A DNA stretch of 64,000 bases from a virus: the IMG/VR virus record IMGVR_UViG_3300026292_000602, positions 17,968-81,967 of that record; one strand, 5' to 3'. Positions within the stretch are counted from its first letter, which is position 1; each line of letters opens with the position of its first letter. The notes under the pieces are model-generated. The model made no database searches and had not been told where the DNA came from. It saw nothing but the letters and a program-made list of their open reading frames with translations. Shown here piece by piece: positions 38,400 to 48,462 of this stretch. The position numbers and the translations under genes are program-made.

Positions 38400-41193
38400 T
38401 GCCAGATAACTTACCGAGCATTCAGAGAGATGGGGGTCAACAGACTTCCACTTCTCACGATTATATTCACACTGACAAACACGATATGGAATTGAGTCAT
38501 TATGTAATGGCTGAAAGATGTATGTTAGTTGAATACCATACGATTAAAAATGAAATAGAAACAGATGGAACTTCTGATACATTGATTTATATCCTAGAAG
38601 GCGGTCATAGAGGGTTTCACAAATATATGGATGCCCACTTGATAGAAGAATATAATGATGTTGAAGATAAGTTTTATCAGCTTCATGCAGATGGAGAATT
38701 ACCATATAGTCTTTATGACGGTGATCCACTTGTAGAAGACGAACCAACAGAAGGGCAGGTATCAAATGGCTAAATTTAGATTGAATTGTGATGTGGATTC
38801 TATCGTAGAAGAAGCAGAACATTTAGAAGATCTATTTAAGGACGGCGTAGAAGCAGAGTCCGAAGAAGAAGCCGAAAGAATTGTTTCGGCAAAGGTTAAA
38901 GAGCTTATGTATGGCGGACCTTATTATAACTTAACCGAGGAGGGCAACGATGAGTAAGAAGATAATAGGAATCAATGAAGATTTCAATAACAGAGATAAG
39001 GAAACGGTATCCGAAATTATATGGGAAGCCGTTAGGGAACATCCTGACTTTCAGGACACCCCTGGTATAACTGGAATCAGTTATCAAATAAATGTGACAG
39101 TCACGGAGGAGAAATGAGTTGGTTTGATGATGCGACTTGGACTTGTCCTATATGTGATTACACTCTACACGGCGAAGAACCGGCTGTTCATGTGATCTGT
39201 GATAATTGTAAAGAGGGAGTTGAGGAAGTGGCATTTCCTTTCCCGGGAGATTGCTAATGGAATTCTATCCTAAAGACAAAGATCCTAGACTAGACGAGAG
39301 AACGGCTAGGTTCCATGGTAGGGTTATGAAAGAAGACCTAGCGACTCTTTCTTATGTTCCTAACACTCCTAATAGAGATATCAATGTTCAAAGAGCGACA
39401 AATCATGTGACTTGGGACTACGACAAAGATATGTGGTGCGAAGTTGATCATTTAATGATTGGTCTTTATATTAAAGCGAAGACAACCGATACAAGAGAGT
39501 TCCTAGAAGATAGGTTGTGTCGTGATGTCGTTAAGCTGATCAAAGGACCTAGGTACTATGAACAAGCGAAGGTCTATTGCATGATTGATATGTTTTATCC
39601 AGAAGATGAAAGCATCTATGATATCGTTAAGAAGCCAAAGAAAGATAGAGAGGCTCATAGCATATCAGGAAACGAAGGTGAAGTCACTTATTATGTGACA
39701 CTTCATATTCAAGAATGTAATGCAATGGATTTGATTGTATATGAATCTAGAAATAAAGACGGGTCCGAAAGAGGCGACTATTTTAATCTACACGGAACGA
39801 ATTTAGAAGGAAAGGTGGCGGCATGAATAAAGATATGAAATGTCTTGATTGCGGAACCGATATACCAGCATCAACAGATCATTCATCAGATGAACCTTAT
39901 ATGTTTGTCTGTAATGATTGCAGAGATGAGATAGGTAATGGTAAGCCCTATGAAGAATAAGAAATACTCAATAGGGCATACCTATACGGTCTGGAAAGAT
40001 GTGACAGCAAAGAACGAAGAAGAAGCAATCGATATCGCTTGTAATTCGAATTATTCTGTGAATGTCTACATAGGTAAACAGGATCCTAGATGCACGGTGA
40101 AAGCGACAGCAGAGCTGAACGAATACGAAGATCCCAAAGTCCACGAATACGACAAATAGACCAGATAAATACTCGTATAATAGGAGTAAGACAAATGGTT
40201 AAATTATCAGTTCATTGGAAGGATATGCTTTCAGTCAAGAATGCTATGGCAAGAGCTGACGCAGGTCTACCAGTCAAAGAAGCTCAGAATAGATACAGAG
40301 TTAAGTGGGATCACCCTGATTGGGACAAAGGCGAAAAGGTTGAAGAAAAGATATTCAGCAGTATGGAAGACGCCAAAGAGTATGGTGCTTGGGTGGCTCG
40401 TAATTACGATCTCAGAAGAGAAGGAAAAGACGAGAACTCATTAGATGTTAGAACAGGATATAACACCGTACCTGAACCTAGTTCAAATGTACCAGTCGCA
40501 ATAGAAACTCCATTCGGCCTATACGAGCTTACAGAGATAGATGTCTTTGGGCAAGACTCAGGCAAGTGGAGTCTAGTAGACGCCTTGGTTAAAGAAGGCG
40601 CCATCAAGAAGGTCGAAGACAATTTTAGATCAGGATAATAGCGGAGGCGAGAAAAGCCATTTAGAGCCTACGGTCGGAAAGCCAAAATTTCAGACCAGGG
40701 TTATAAACAGAGTGCGAAGCACGGACGGTCGCGATTTTTGTTCCGGAGTCTACGCCTCCTACACCAAAAGTCGCTCCGCTGATCCTATTCCACATAGAAC
40801 CACCACATCATTTACCTTACATACCACCGACCCCCAGGAGTTTTATCTACTATGGCTGATAAACCTATTCTCTACTCGATAGACGACGAGACAAAAGAAC
40901 TCTTAACCGAAATGCTTAATCTGTTAGAAGGCCTCGCGGACCTACAGATGACAGATGAAAGCACCGAAGAAATGCGACTCCTTAATCGTAGTGTCGGGGA
41001 ACGGTTCGGGATAGAGTTCCGTGATATCGTGCTAGAGAGTGATCAAGATAGTGACGGCAATCCTAGGTTCACGGTAATGTCCTATAAAGAGCCTTCGTCT
41101 AGGAGAGACCCCTCGGAATACCTAAGGCTTGTTTCTAATCGTGACTTAGAAGGTGCGTCTGATGGGGTGCCTAAGAATGACAATAATGAGTAA
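38399..41193 (+). CDS. Cluster of hypothetical genes (38399-38773, 38766-38957, 39251-39826, 39938-40159, 40195-40638, 40852-41193 and short CxxC ORFs)
   Basis: Plus-strand ORFs with RBSs; the 40195 gene has a TAAATA late promoter. Confidence 0.65.
40640..40780 (+). repeat. Conserved non-coding element copy A
   Basis: Collinear similarity to the reverse complement of 54009-54126, including an exact AAAGCCATTTAGAGC. Confidence 0.7.
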
Positions 41194-41830
41194 GGGTAGA
41201 TCTAGAGTGACACCTACGGTGCTCTATTGGCTGTTAGTCTTTTAATCCTTTCTACTACACGCCAGGAATTTTAGAATTTCCATATCACATAGATTAAGTT
41301 TTGTCTATCATTTGCATAATAGAATAGGTCAGCTACGCCAACCTATCGTGTTATCTTACTATTTTTAAGAGTCAGATTGCTAAAAAAAGCATAGGCCCCG
41401 CTGTAAGTATAGTAGATGAACGAACAAGAACAGATTAGATTCCGTTGGTACAAGAGTGATGATGCACGGTTTTGGATTGTGGATGAAGTCTTGGGTATCA
41501 ATATAGGGTCTTGTCGCAGTCAGTCGGTTGCTGAACGACTATGTGAGAAGCTGAACTTGTTAGAGCAAGAGGTAGTTTGGAATTGAATGGCAGAGTATTC
41601 AAACTATGCCTGTCGCCACCGTCCCCAATCCTTTTTTTATATTTTTTGAAACCTATTTCCACCGTATAAGAACGGTCCAAAACCGTGGGGCCATGGTCGG
41701 CCTCGAGAGCGGGTGCTAGGGATGCCTCGGCCTTTATTAACCATTTAAACGGTGCTTCTACGGTTGGGCCTTCGGCCCCTTATAGTATTAAATGTGGCTA
41801 GTCGCTGAGCTCTACTACTATAAGCTTCGC

Positions 41831-41928
41831 CTCACTAGCTATATAGGGCTCACTGACGCTTATATAAGCTCACTAGCCGTCATTAGTCACTACGAAGCTC
41901 ACTAGGTATTCACTACCGTTCACTATTG
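41831..41928 (+). repeat. Seven short TCACT(A) repeats
   Basis: ctcactag, ctcactga, ctcactag, gtcactac, ctcactag, ttcactac and ttcactat in about 100 bp of non-coding DNA. Confidence 0.75.
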
Positions 41929-41940
41929 GATCTTCTTTAT

Positions 41941-42159
41941 CTACTTCTTTTTGGATTTCTTTGTGATCTCTTTGGAGCCCCAGATTCTTCTCAGGTTCGC
42001 TATAAGTTCTTTGGTCTCTTCTATTGGAATATCTTTGACCGGTTCTTTCGTGGTCGATCCAGGATTTTTCAGATGTAAGTCTTTGAAATCCTTAGACTTT
42101 TTGGCCGAACTTAATTCATCTTTCAAGCTCTTTTTGAATGGTACATTCTTTAATCTCAT
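41941..42159 (-). CDS. Small Lys-rich hypothetical protein
   Basis: 72 aa, with a sigma70 promoter at 42194. Confidence 0.55.
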   Translation of the reverse strand: MRLKNVPFKKSLKDELSSAKKSKDFKDLHLKNPGSTTKEPVKDIPIEETKELIANLRRIWGSKEITKKSKKK

Positions 42160-42621
42160 GGTACCTTATATTATGGCATCATTATTGATAAAAGTCAAGG
42201 AGGAGGTTTACCAAAAATTCTCTATATTTTTCAAGAGGTTAGGACCCTGAGCCTCAGGTCAGAGTTCGGCCCACCCTTTGAGTATCGAAGTTTTTCTGTC
42301 CTGGTTTGTCTTAACCTTACCCTTTTTTTGGTGGGCGGATCTCTTGCTCCGGCTTATACTATTATAATATGATCTCTTGGGGGATTTGTCAACCATTTTC
42401 TTTGTTTTGGCCCCATCTTTTTTTGGCACTAGATCTAGTGGGTGGGGGAGGTATAAACCACAAGCGGAAATCAGCCCATCGGGAGCGTGGCAGTCTTTAT
42501 TATAGCATATTTTGGATTGGATGTCAACCAAAAAAAAATGGTATTTTTTGGAAAAAAGAGGTTGACCTTTTGGATTAGAGACTGTATTATAATATTAACA
42601 ATAAGGAAATAGGAGGGCTAC

Positions 42622-42978
42622 ATGGCTAGAGAAATTACTTTAAAACCTAATATACAAATAAGTCTCGATGGGACTAGCATTTGGGATAGAGCAGGGACCA
42701 ACCCTGAGACCGTAAATGTCAGCAGTATTACATTGAGGGAAGAGACCTACGATGATGATAGCTGGTGGGACATGGTTATAGAACACGATGGTCCCTGGGA
42801 GATCTATACTGATAAGGGATTCGTTAAGGGGATCTCGGATTTAGTAGGTCCCGGTTGGGATGTTGACTTTAGTGAGCAAGGTCTACAAGAGGATGGTAGA
42901 GCTCATTTTGACGTGCATTCTACACCCGATGAGATCACGCATGAGGTTAAAGAATCGCTAGAAATGGAAGGAAATTAG
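42622..42978 (+). CDS. Early hypothetical acidic protein
   Basis: IYTD.GF...FSEQGLQ motif; own promoter. Confidence 0.7.
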   Translation: MAREITLKPNIQISLDGTSIWDRAGTNPETVNVSSITLREETYDDDSWWDMVIEHDGPWEIYTDKGFVKGISDLVGPGWDVDFSEQGLQEDGRAHFDVHSTPDEITHEVKESLEMEGN

Positions 42979-43032
42979 GGGTTGACAGATCCCTATTTTG
43001 GTTATATTATAATAGTATAAAGAGAGGGCAAT

Positions 43033-43698
43033 ATGAATAAAAGAACTAAATTTTTCGCAACCGTGGCATTGATGGCAGGCATGAGCTCCTATGGGGTGGC
43101 CGCTGATAAGTTAGATTCATTTGATCACGCCGCAGAGTTGACATCGCAGGCCAAGACTATATTATTTCAAGAATTAAACGAAGCAAAGGCTCCTAACCAC
43201 AGCCACCAGGCTATTGTATGTTTAGCAGAGAACATCTACTTTGAAGCTAGAGCAGAATCAATGGAAGGCAAGGCGGCTGTGGCAAACGTCACAAGGAACA
43301 GGGTAGAGGACAAGAGATGGCCTGGTACCTACTGTGAAGTGGTTCAAGAGGGACCTGTTAGGGAGAGCTGGAAGACCAAGAAGGATCCAGATCTAGCAAA
43401 GGAAGACAGAATTTATTATCCTAGAAAGCATAGATGTCAGTTCAGTTGGTATTGTGATGGTAAGAAAGATATCATATGGGCCAACAAGGAGAAGTCAGGC
43501 CAGACCATAGAGGCCAATGCAAGGGCTTGGAGAGATGCAGTGAAGGTGGCTATCTATACTCTAGGTTATGGATCGTATAGGGTCAACGATAATACCCACG
43601 GGGCTGTGTTCTACTATAATCACCACCTGGTGACACCTAGTTGGAGCCACGAGAAAGAGTTCATTAATATCATTGGCAACCACACTTTTATGAAGTAA
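43033..43698 (+). CDS. SleB/Hydrolase_2 cell-wall hydrolase
   Basis: CLAENIYFEARAE, AVANVTRNRV, WPGTYCEVV, CQFSWYCDG, GAVFYY, IGNHTF; signal peptide. Confidence 0.9.
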   Translation: MNKRTKFFATVALMAGMSSYGVAADKLDSFDHAAELTSQAKTILFQELNEAKAPNHSHQAIVCLAENIYFEARAESMEGKAAVANVTRNRVEDKRWPGTYCEVVQEGPVRESWKTKKDPDLAKEDRIYYPRKHRCQFSWYCDGKKDIIWANKEKSGQTIEANARAWRDAVKVAIYTLGYGSYRVNDNTHGAVFYYNHHLVTPSWSHEKEFINIIGNHTFMK

Positions 43699-43783
43699 AA
43701 TAAGGGGAAAATAATGGTTGACAAATTGGATAAAAGAGTGCATAATATACATATAATAAGAAATAACAGAAGGGCAAAAATAT

Positions 43784-44822
43784 ATGAGTAAAACAGGGCA
43801 ATGGGTATTAGAGATGCAAGAAGACAGTTGGCATCTTAACAGAGATCAGTTCATAGAGAAGCATGGTATCAACCAAGTTGATGTATGGGATGATGAGCAT
43901 AAGAAGATGGAGGACGAGGGGTTCTCTAAAGAAGAAATCAATCAAATGTATATGACGAAGGGAGTGTAAGTATGAAGTTGAATCAACAAGGGTCGAATAT
44001 GACCGAGATAGTGACTAATGCAGGCAAGAGGATTTTATTCAGTTATGAAACTCCTGTCGCAGGATGGTGTGAGCAGGGTGCTTTCAGAACAGAAGATAAG
44101 TTTTCTGTCACAACGTCGAAACACATTAACAAATACCTAGGTGGCAAAGACGTAGGTAGGGTAGTTCCCCAGGCTTGGATAGAAGGGTTGGTGAGCTAGT
44201 GAAGAAGATTCTAATCTTGATTATGATGGTCCCCTTATTGGGGGCCTGCACTATGACAGGGAAGGATATGATCAAGACAGCGAACTTGATCAAGAATACC
44301 TCTAAACTAACCAAAAGCGGTGTATCGGAATCGATCATCGTTAAGACGAAAGACATTTTGGATCCGAATAGAGGTGGAGGCAAGTGGTAGACATTTTGGA
44401 AAGATAATGGTTGACATTTTCAATCCAATGTGTTATTATATATAAACTAATGAATAGGCAATTTTCTAATAAAAGGAGGCATTATGTCTACAAGTAAAAT
44501 GTATACCGTAGCAGGTACAAGTACCTTTAATGGTAAAACAAAAGTAAGATTCGCGAATGACTATGTGAGTAGGTTCAAGATCCTTACTAAGAACGGTCAC
44601 GATAATATCGAGATCCTGGAATTGGATCATCCAATGTCCAAAGGTGATGTGTGTAAATTCTTATCCACGCACGAAAAATTCCAAAACGAAGCACAACAAT
44701 CTGCAATCGCAGAGTTCGTCGTTAGGAATGTTAAAGTTGACACGACTCCAGCAGTTGAACCAGCTCTTAACGATATCGTTAAGCAAGAAGCTGAGGCAAC
44801 ACCTGAAGTAGAGTCTGCTTAA
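43784..44822 (+). CDS. Early hypothetical genes (43784-43969, 43972-44199, lipoprotein-like 44199-44390, 44484-44822)
   Basis: ORFs with RBSs after sigma70 promoters. Confidence 0.7.
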
Positions 44823-44912
44823 TCTAGCACAGCAATCAATCGAATAAGTCCCGGGGTGAACCTCCGGGCATCGATCCCCAGAACAGAAGAAGGACCAGGA
44901 CAGTAATCTATC

Positions 44913-44997
44913 GCTCCCATGATGGAATAGGTAGACATAACAGACTTAAAATCTGTGGCCAATTGGCGTCCCGGTTCGAGTCCGGGTGGGAGTACCA
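44913..44997 (+). tRNA. tRNA-Leu(TAA)
   Basis: GCTCCCA...CT-TAA-AA, long variable arm, GGTTCGAGTCC...TGGGAGT-A-CCA. Confidence 0.95.
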
Positions 44998-45008
44998 ACC
45001 TTTGATAT

Positions 45009-45085
45009 CTACCCGTAGCTCAGCAGGATAGAGCAACGGTCTTCTAAACCGTGGGTCGGGGGTTCGAATCCCTCCGGGTAGGCCA
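45009..45085 (+). tRNA. tRNA-Arg(TCT)
   Basis: CTACCCG...CT-TCT-AA...GGTTCGAATCC...CGGGTAG-G-CCA. Confidence 0.95.
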
Positions 45086-45314
45086 AAGGTGTTGCAAAAA
45101 TACAACAAAAATAATGGTTGACAAAATGGATAAGATCTGCTATTATTATAATATGAAACAATTAAAAGAGATCATAAAAGAAACCTTAGATTTTTGGCCT
45201 ATGACGATCGTAGTGCCAGGTCTATTAATTCTTATTCTTTTTAATAATATTGGTTGACATTAGGTCAATTAGGTGTTATATTAAGAGTATAATAAGAAAC
45301 AGAAAGAGGGCAAA

Positions 45315-46112
45315 ATGTTATCACTAATAGGTTTATTCGCAATCGCGTTCGTAGTAATCAAGTATTTTCCAGACATATTGATGTTCTGTGTGAAGGCGGC
45401 TATCGTATTGATTGGCTTGTACTTTTTACTTGGAGCTCTATTGTGGATATTTGGGGCTTCGATCGCTATACACATGAATGGCGTTTTATTAGGATTATAG
45501 AAAAATAATGGTTGACAAATTGGTTTGTTGACTGTATACTGTAAGTATAACAATTAGGAAAGAGGGCAAAAATGAGTCAAGATTTTAAAAGTAGAAATCC
45601 AAAGTTCGTAGGCTTAACCAGGTTTTGGGGAGGTCAGAAGAGAGGTTCTTGTGTGCAGGTGACTGTTGCAAGGAACTGGAGAAAAGAAGGTGACGTAGGT
45701 CCCGCAGATAAGTTCTTCAACTCCATAACATTGTCGAAGCAAGAAGCAGTGGCGTTGGCCCAGGACTTGTTGGACTTCGCAAGTGGGACTGAAGTAGACG
45801 AATTCGACGCACCAGTTTTGGAGTGTCAGACAGACTTTACACCAGCAGATAAACCGAGGGCAAATTAGGGGTTGACAAACCAATCCCTATATGCTATTAT
45901 AATATAATAATAAGGAGGGCAACTTGAAACAAGTAATTCAAATTTTAGGATATTTTTTAATCGCACTAGGCTTGATGGCAGTAGCAGGATCAGGCGGAGA
46001 CTGTGATGGAAGATGTGGCCCAGGGAATTCAATCATCGAGATGATGCAGATCGCAGGTATCGGTCTAGCTATGATGATCACAGGGTTCTACTGTGCTATG
46101 CAGAAAAGTTAA
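45315..46112 (+). CDS. Early small genes (45315-45500 membrane, 45572-45868, 45924-46112 membrane)
   Basis: Each has its own promoter and a GAGGGC RBS. Confidence 0.65.
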
Positions 46113-46193
46113 ATTAGGGGTTGACTTCTAGATACTCAGAAGTTATACTGTAAGAACAATAAGGCAATAACAACATTTAAAAGCGAGGGCTAA

Positions 46194-47198
46194 ATGACAC
46201 AACAAATAAAAATCAAATCAGGCAGTTACAAGATTAGAGGCAAGGACGTCGAACTTGCTGGCATGGTCTTTCCAATGGTAGAAGAGTTCAAAGTAGGAGC
46301 TCAAGGTGGTTACGTAACTGTTGACGGAAAGGCTATTGCAGGCTTTCCAGATCGTAACATTAAGATCAAAGTTGACTCAGCAGATGACTACGAGTTAACA
46401 CGTGCCAAAACAACTGTTAGAGAAGAAACAGACGAAGAGACAATCGAACGTTTACGTGAACGATTCCAAATCCTAGAAGATATGACAAGAGCTTGTAAGA
46501 AAGGCGATGTACGTGCCATGATAGTTACAGGCCCTCCAGGAGTTGGTAAGTCATTCGGAGTAGAGAAAGTACTTGGTAAGCATGAGCTGATCGCTGAGTT
46601 AGGTGACAGACCTGCGAAGTATCAAGTTGTTAAGGGTGCGATGAGTGCCATAGGTTTATACTGTAAACTGTACAACTACGCCGACAAAGACAATGTACTA
46701 GTTTTTGATGACTGTGATAGTATACTACAAGAAGACTTGAGCTTGAACATTTTGAAAGCGGCTCTAGACTCTAAGAAGACTAGACGTATACATTGGAACA
46801 CAGATTCCTTCAAGTTACGTAACGAAGGTGTTCCGGACAGTTTCGAGTTCAAAGGTAGTGCAATCTTTATCACGAACATCAAGTTCGATAACGTTAAGTC
46901 TAAGAAGATGAGAGATCACTTAGAAGCTATTGAGAGTAGATGTCACTACATAGACTTGACGATTGATACTGAACGTGAGAAGATGTTACGTATCAAGCAG
47001 ATCGTTACTGATGGTATGCTGAATGAGTATGCATTGGGTGAAGAACAAGTCGAGAGAGTAATGGACTTTGTCGACATTAATAAAAAGAACTTAAGAGAGC
47101 TGTCATTAAGAACAGTACTTAAGATTGCGGACTTGGCTAAAGCATTTCCAAACAATTGGGAAGCTATGGCGGAGAATACAGTACTACGTAGAGCCTAG
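46194..47198 (+). CDS. P-loop/AAA ATPase
   Basis: Walker A GPPGVGKS, Walker B LVFDDCD, IFITN sensor-1 and SRC arginine finger. Confidence 0.85.
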   Translation: MTQQIKIKSGSYKIRGKDVELAGMVFPMVEEFKVGAQGGYVTVDGKAIAGFPDRNIKIKVDSADDYELTRAKTTVREETDEETIERLRERFQILEDMTRACKKGDVRAMIVTGPPGVGKSFGVEKVLGKHELIAELGDRPAKYQVVKGAMSAIGLYCKLYNYADKDNVLVFDDCDSILQEDLSLNILKAALDSKKTRRIHWNTDSFKLRNEGVPDSFEFKGSAIFITNIKFDNVKSKKMRDHLEAIESRCHYIDLTIDTEREKMLRIKQIVTDGMLNEYALGEEQVERVMDFVDINKKNLRELSLRTVLKIADLAKAFPNNWEAMAENTVLRRA

Positions 47199-47268
47199 CC
47201 CTCAACTTGCTCCGTGTACTGTACGCCCCTGGTAGAGTTGTGCCCTCGGCTCTCCAGGGGCACTTTTA
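47180..47268 (+). terminator. Double hairpin ending in a terminator; both hairpins carry GCCCTC at the loop
   Basis: GCCCCTGG-T-AGAGTTG-[TGCCCT]-CGGCTCT-CCAGGGGC-ACTTTT, preceded by AGTAC..GAGC..[GCCCTC]..GCTC..GTACT. Confidence 0.7.
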
Positions 47269-47388
47269 TGGCTAAAACCTCGCACAAATACACACAAAAA
47301 AGATTGAAAAATACCACACATTTTGGTTGACCTTTGCTCTAGTAGACTGTATACTGTAAGTATAATTAATTAAAGAGGGCTACACAAT

Positions 47389-47733
47389 ATGAACTATAAA
47401 CTATACCAAATACACTTAACAGACGCAGAGGTTGATCTTATTAATAGCAAGGGTCACAATGCAGTAGAGTCGCATAAGATGAAGCTTGATATGAGCTTTG
47501 ATAAGGCTCCACATAAGCTGGCTAAAGCGGCTATGGATAAGGGCTACTATACACACGTAGCCAACATAGAAGCAGAGGGCTTAGAGGGTGTGTTCGAAGT
47601 AGGTAACATAGGTCCAGAGGCTAACATACAGAGGCTGGCTCCTATGCACTCTGTTAGTGTTGCGGACGTAGTAGAGACTCCAGAGGGTGTGCGTCACGTT
47701 GTAGCTAGTGTAGGGTTCAAAGAACTAGCTTAA
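47389..47733 (+). CDS. Early hypothetical protein
   Basis: YKLYQI...MHSVSVADVV...VASVGF (YodL-like ending). Confidence 0.7.
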   Translation: MNYKLYQIHLTDAEVDLINSKGHNAVESHKMKLDMSFDKAPHKLAKAAMDKGYYTHVANIEAEGLEGVFEVGNIGPEANIQRLAPMHSVSVADVVETPEGVRHVVASVGFKELA

Positions 47734-47755
47734 GACACAGTAGAAATAAAATAAT

Positions 47756-47781
47756 AAAAAGGTCCTTCGGGGCCTTTTTTT
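47756..47781 (+). terminator. Terminator closing the early region
   Basis: AAAAAGGTCC-TTCG-GGGCCTTTTTTT. Confidence 0.9.
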
Positions 47782-48092
47782 ATGAAAAAAATTTCTGAGG
47801 GGCGAGGGGCGTAGTATATTATTTTACGAGTACAGTTTAGCAGTGAGCAGGGGTAAAATCACCACCTCAAAAGCAAAAGTACTTCTATTAAAAAAACTGT
47901 AATCCAAATTTTTTGGCTTAAAGACCCTTTTCGTTTACTGCCCAAACTATAAGCATTAATAGTACTAACAGTATCACATAGGGTAGGAAAGTGTAATACT
48001 TGTAGCTTATAATGGTTAATTGCTCAATATACGTATGCATACTAGTATTTAAACTTGACTTTTATCCACTTATATAGTAGTATAAGTACAGT

Positions 48093-48359
48093 ATGAAAGC
48101 AATACGTGTATTAGTATTATTATTTGTGTGTTTGAGCTCTTCTGCTTGTAGTAGCAGTTTAGTATTAAGCTCATTAGGGCTTGGAATGGGTGTTGCCCAG
48201 AAGTCCGTTGCTAGTACAGTATATTCGGGTGTTGATGTAGGGGTTAGTGCAACCACTGGTAAGTCAATACGTGAACACGTACTAGAACCAGCAGAAGAAG
48301 AAAACAAAACATTACAACCCAACAATAATAGACATATAGAATGGGTCACGCCGAAATAG
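48093..48359 (+). CDS. Small lipoprotein-like protein
   Basis: Hydrophobic leader ending SSAC. Confidence 0.55.
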   Translation: MKAIRVLVLLFVCLSSSACSSSLVLSSLGLGMGVAQKSVASTVYSGVDVGVSATTGKSIREHVLEPAEEENKTLQPNNNRHIEWVTPK

Positions 48360-48462
48360 ATTTCTAGGTCTAAATTTTTTTGCGATCATTTTTTCTGCTC
48401 ATAATAACCTTTTTGTGTAAGTCCAAATAAATACAAGTGACGACCAATAGAGGAGAAACATT

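Larger units (their letters stand above)
29231..41405 (+). repeat. Three intergenic copies of AGGCCCCGCTGTA (29231, 29904, 41393)
   Basis: Identical GC-rich 13-mer in AT-rich DNA, all intergenic and in the same orientation. Confidence 0.7.
30025..48085 (+). promoter_or_regulatory. Array of about 19 host sigma70-type early promoters (TTGAC-N17-TAnnnT)
   Basis: -35 TTGAC at 30025, 30731, 31582, 33400, 34569, 35994, 36453, 37663, 42562, 42982, 43718, 44411, 45118, 45254, 45512, 45872, 46121, 47327 and 48055, each with a -10 box and most with A-rich UP tracts. Three more on the minus strand (GTCAA at 42194, 42388, 42523). Confidence 0.85.

Noticed and set aside
44908-45257. ORFs overlapping tRNA-Leu and tRNA-Arg
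   Set aside because: Explained by the tRNA genes; only a short TM peptide from about 45153 might be real.
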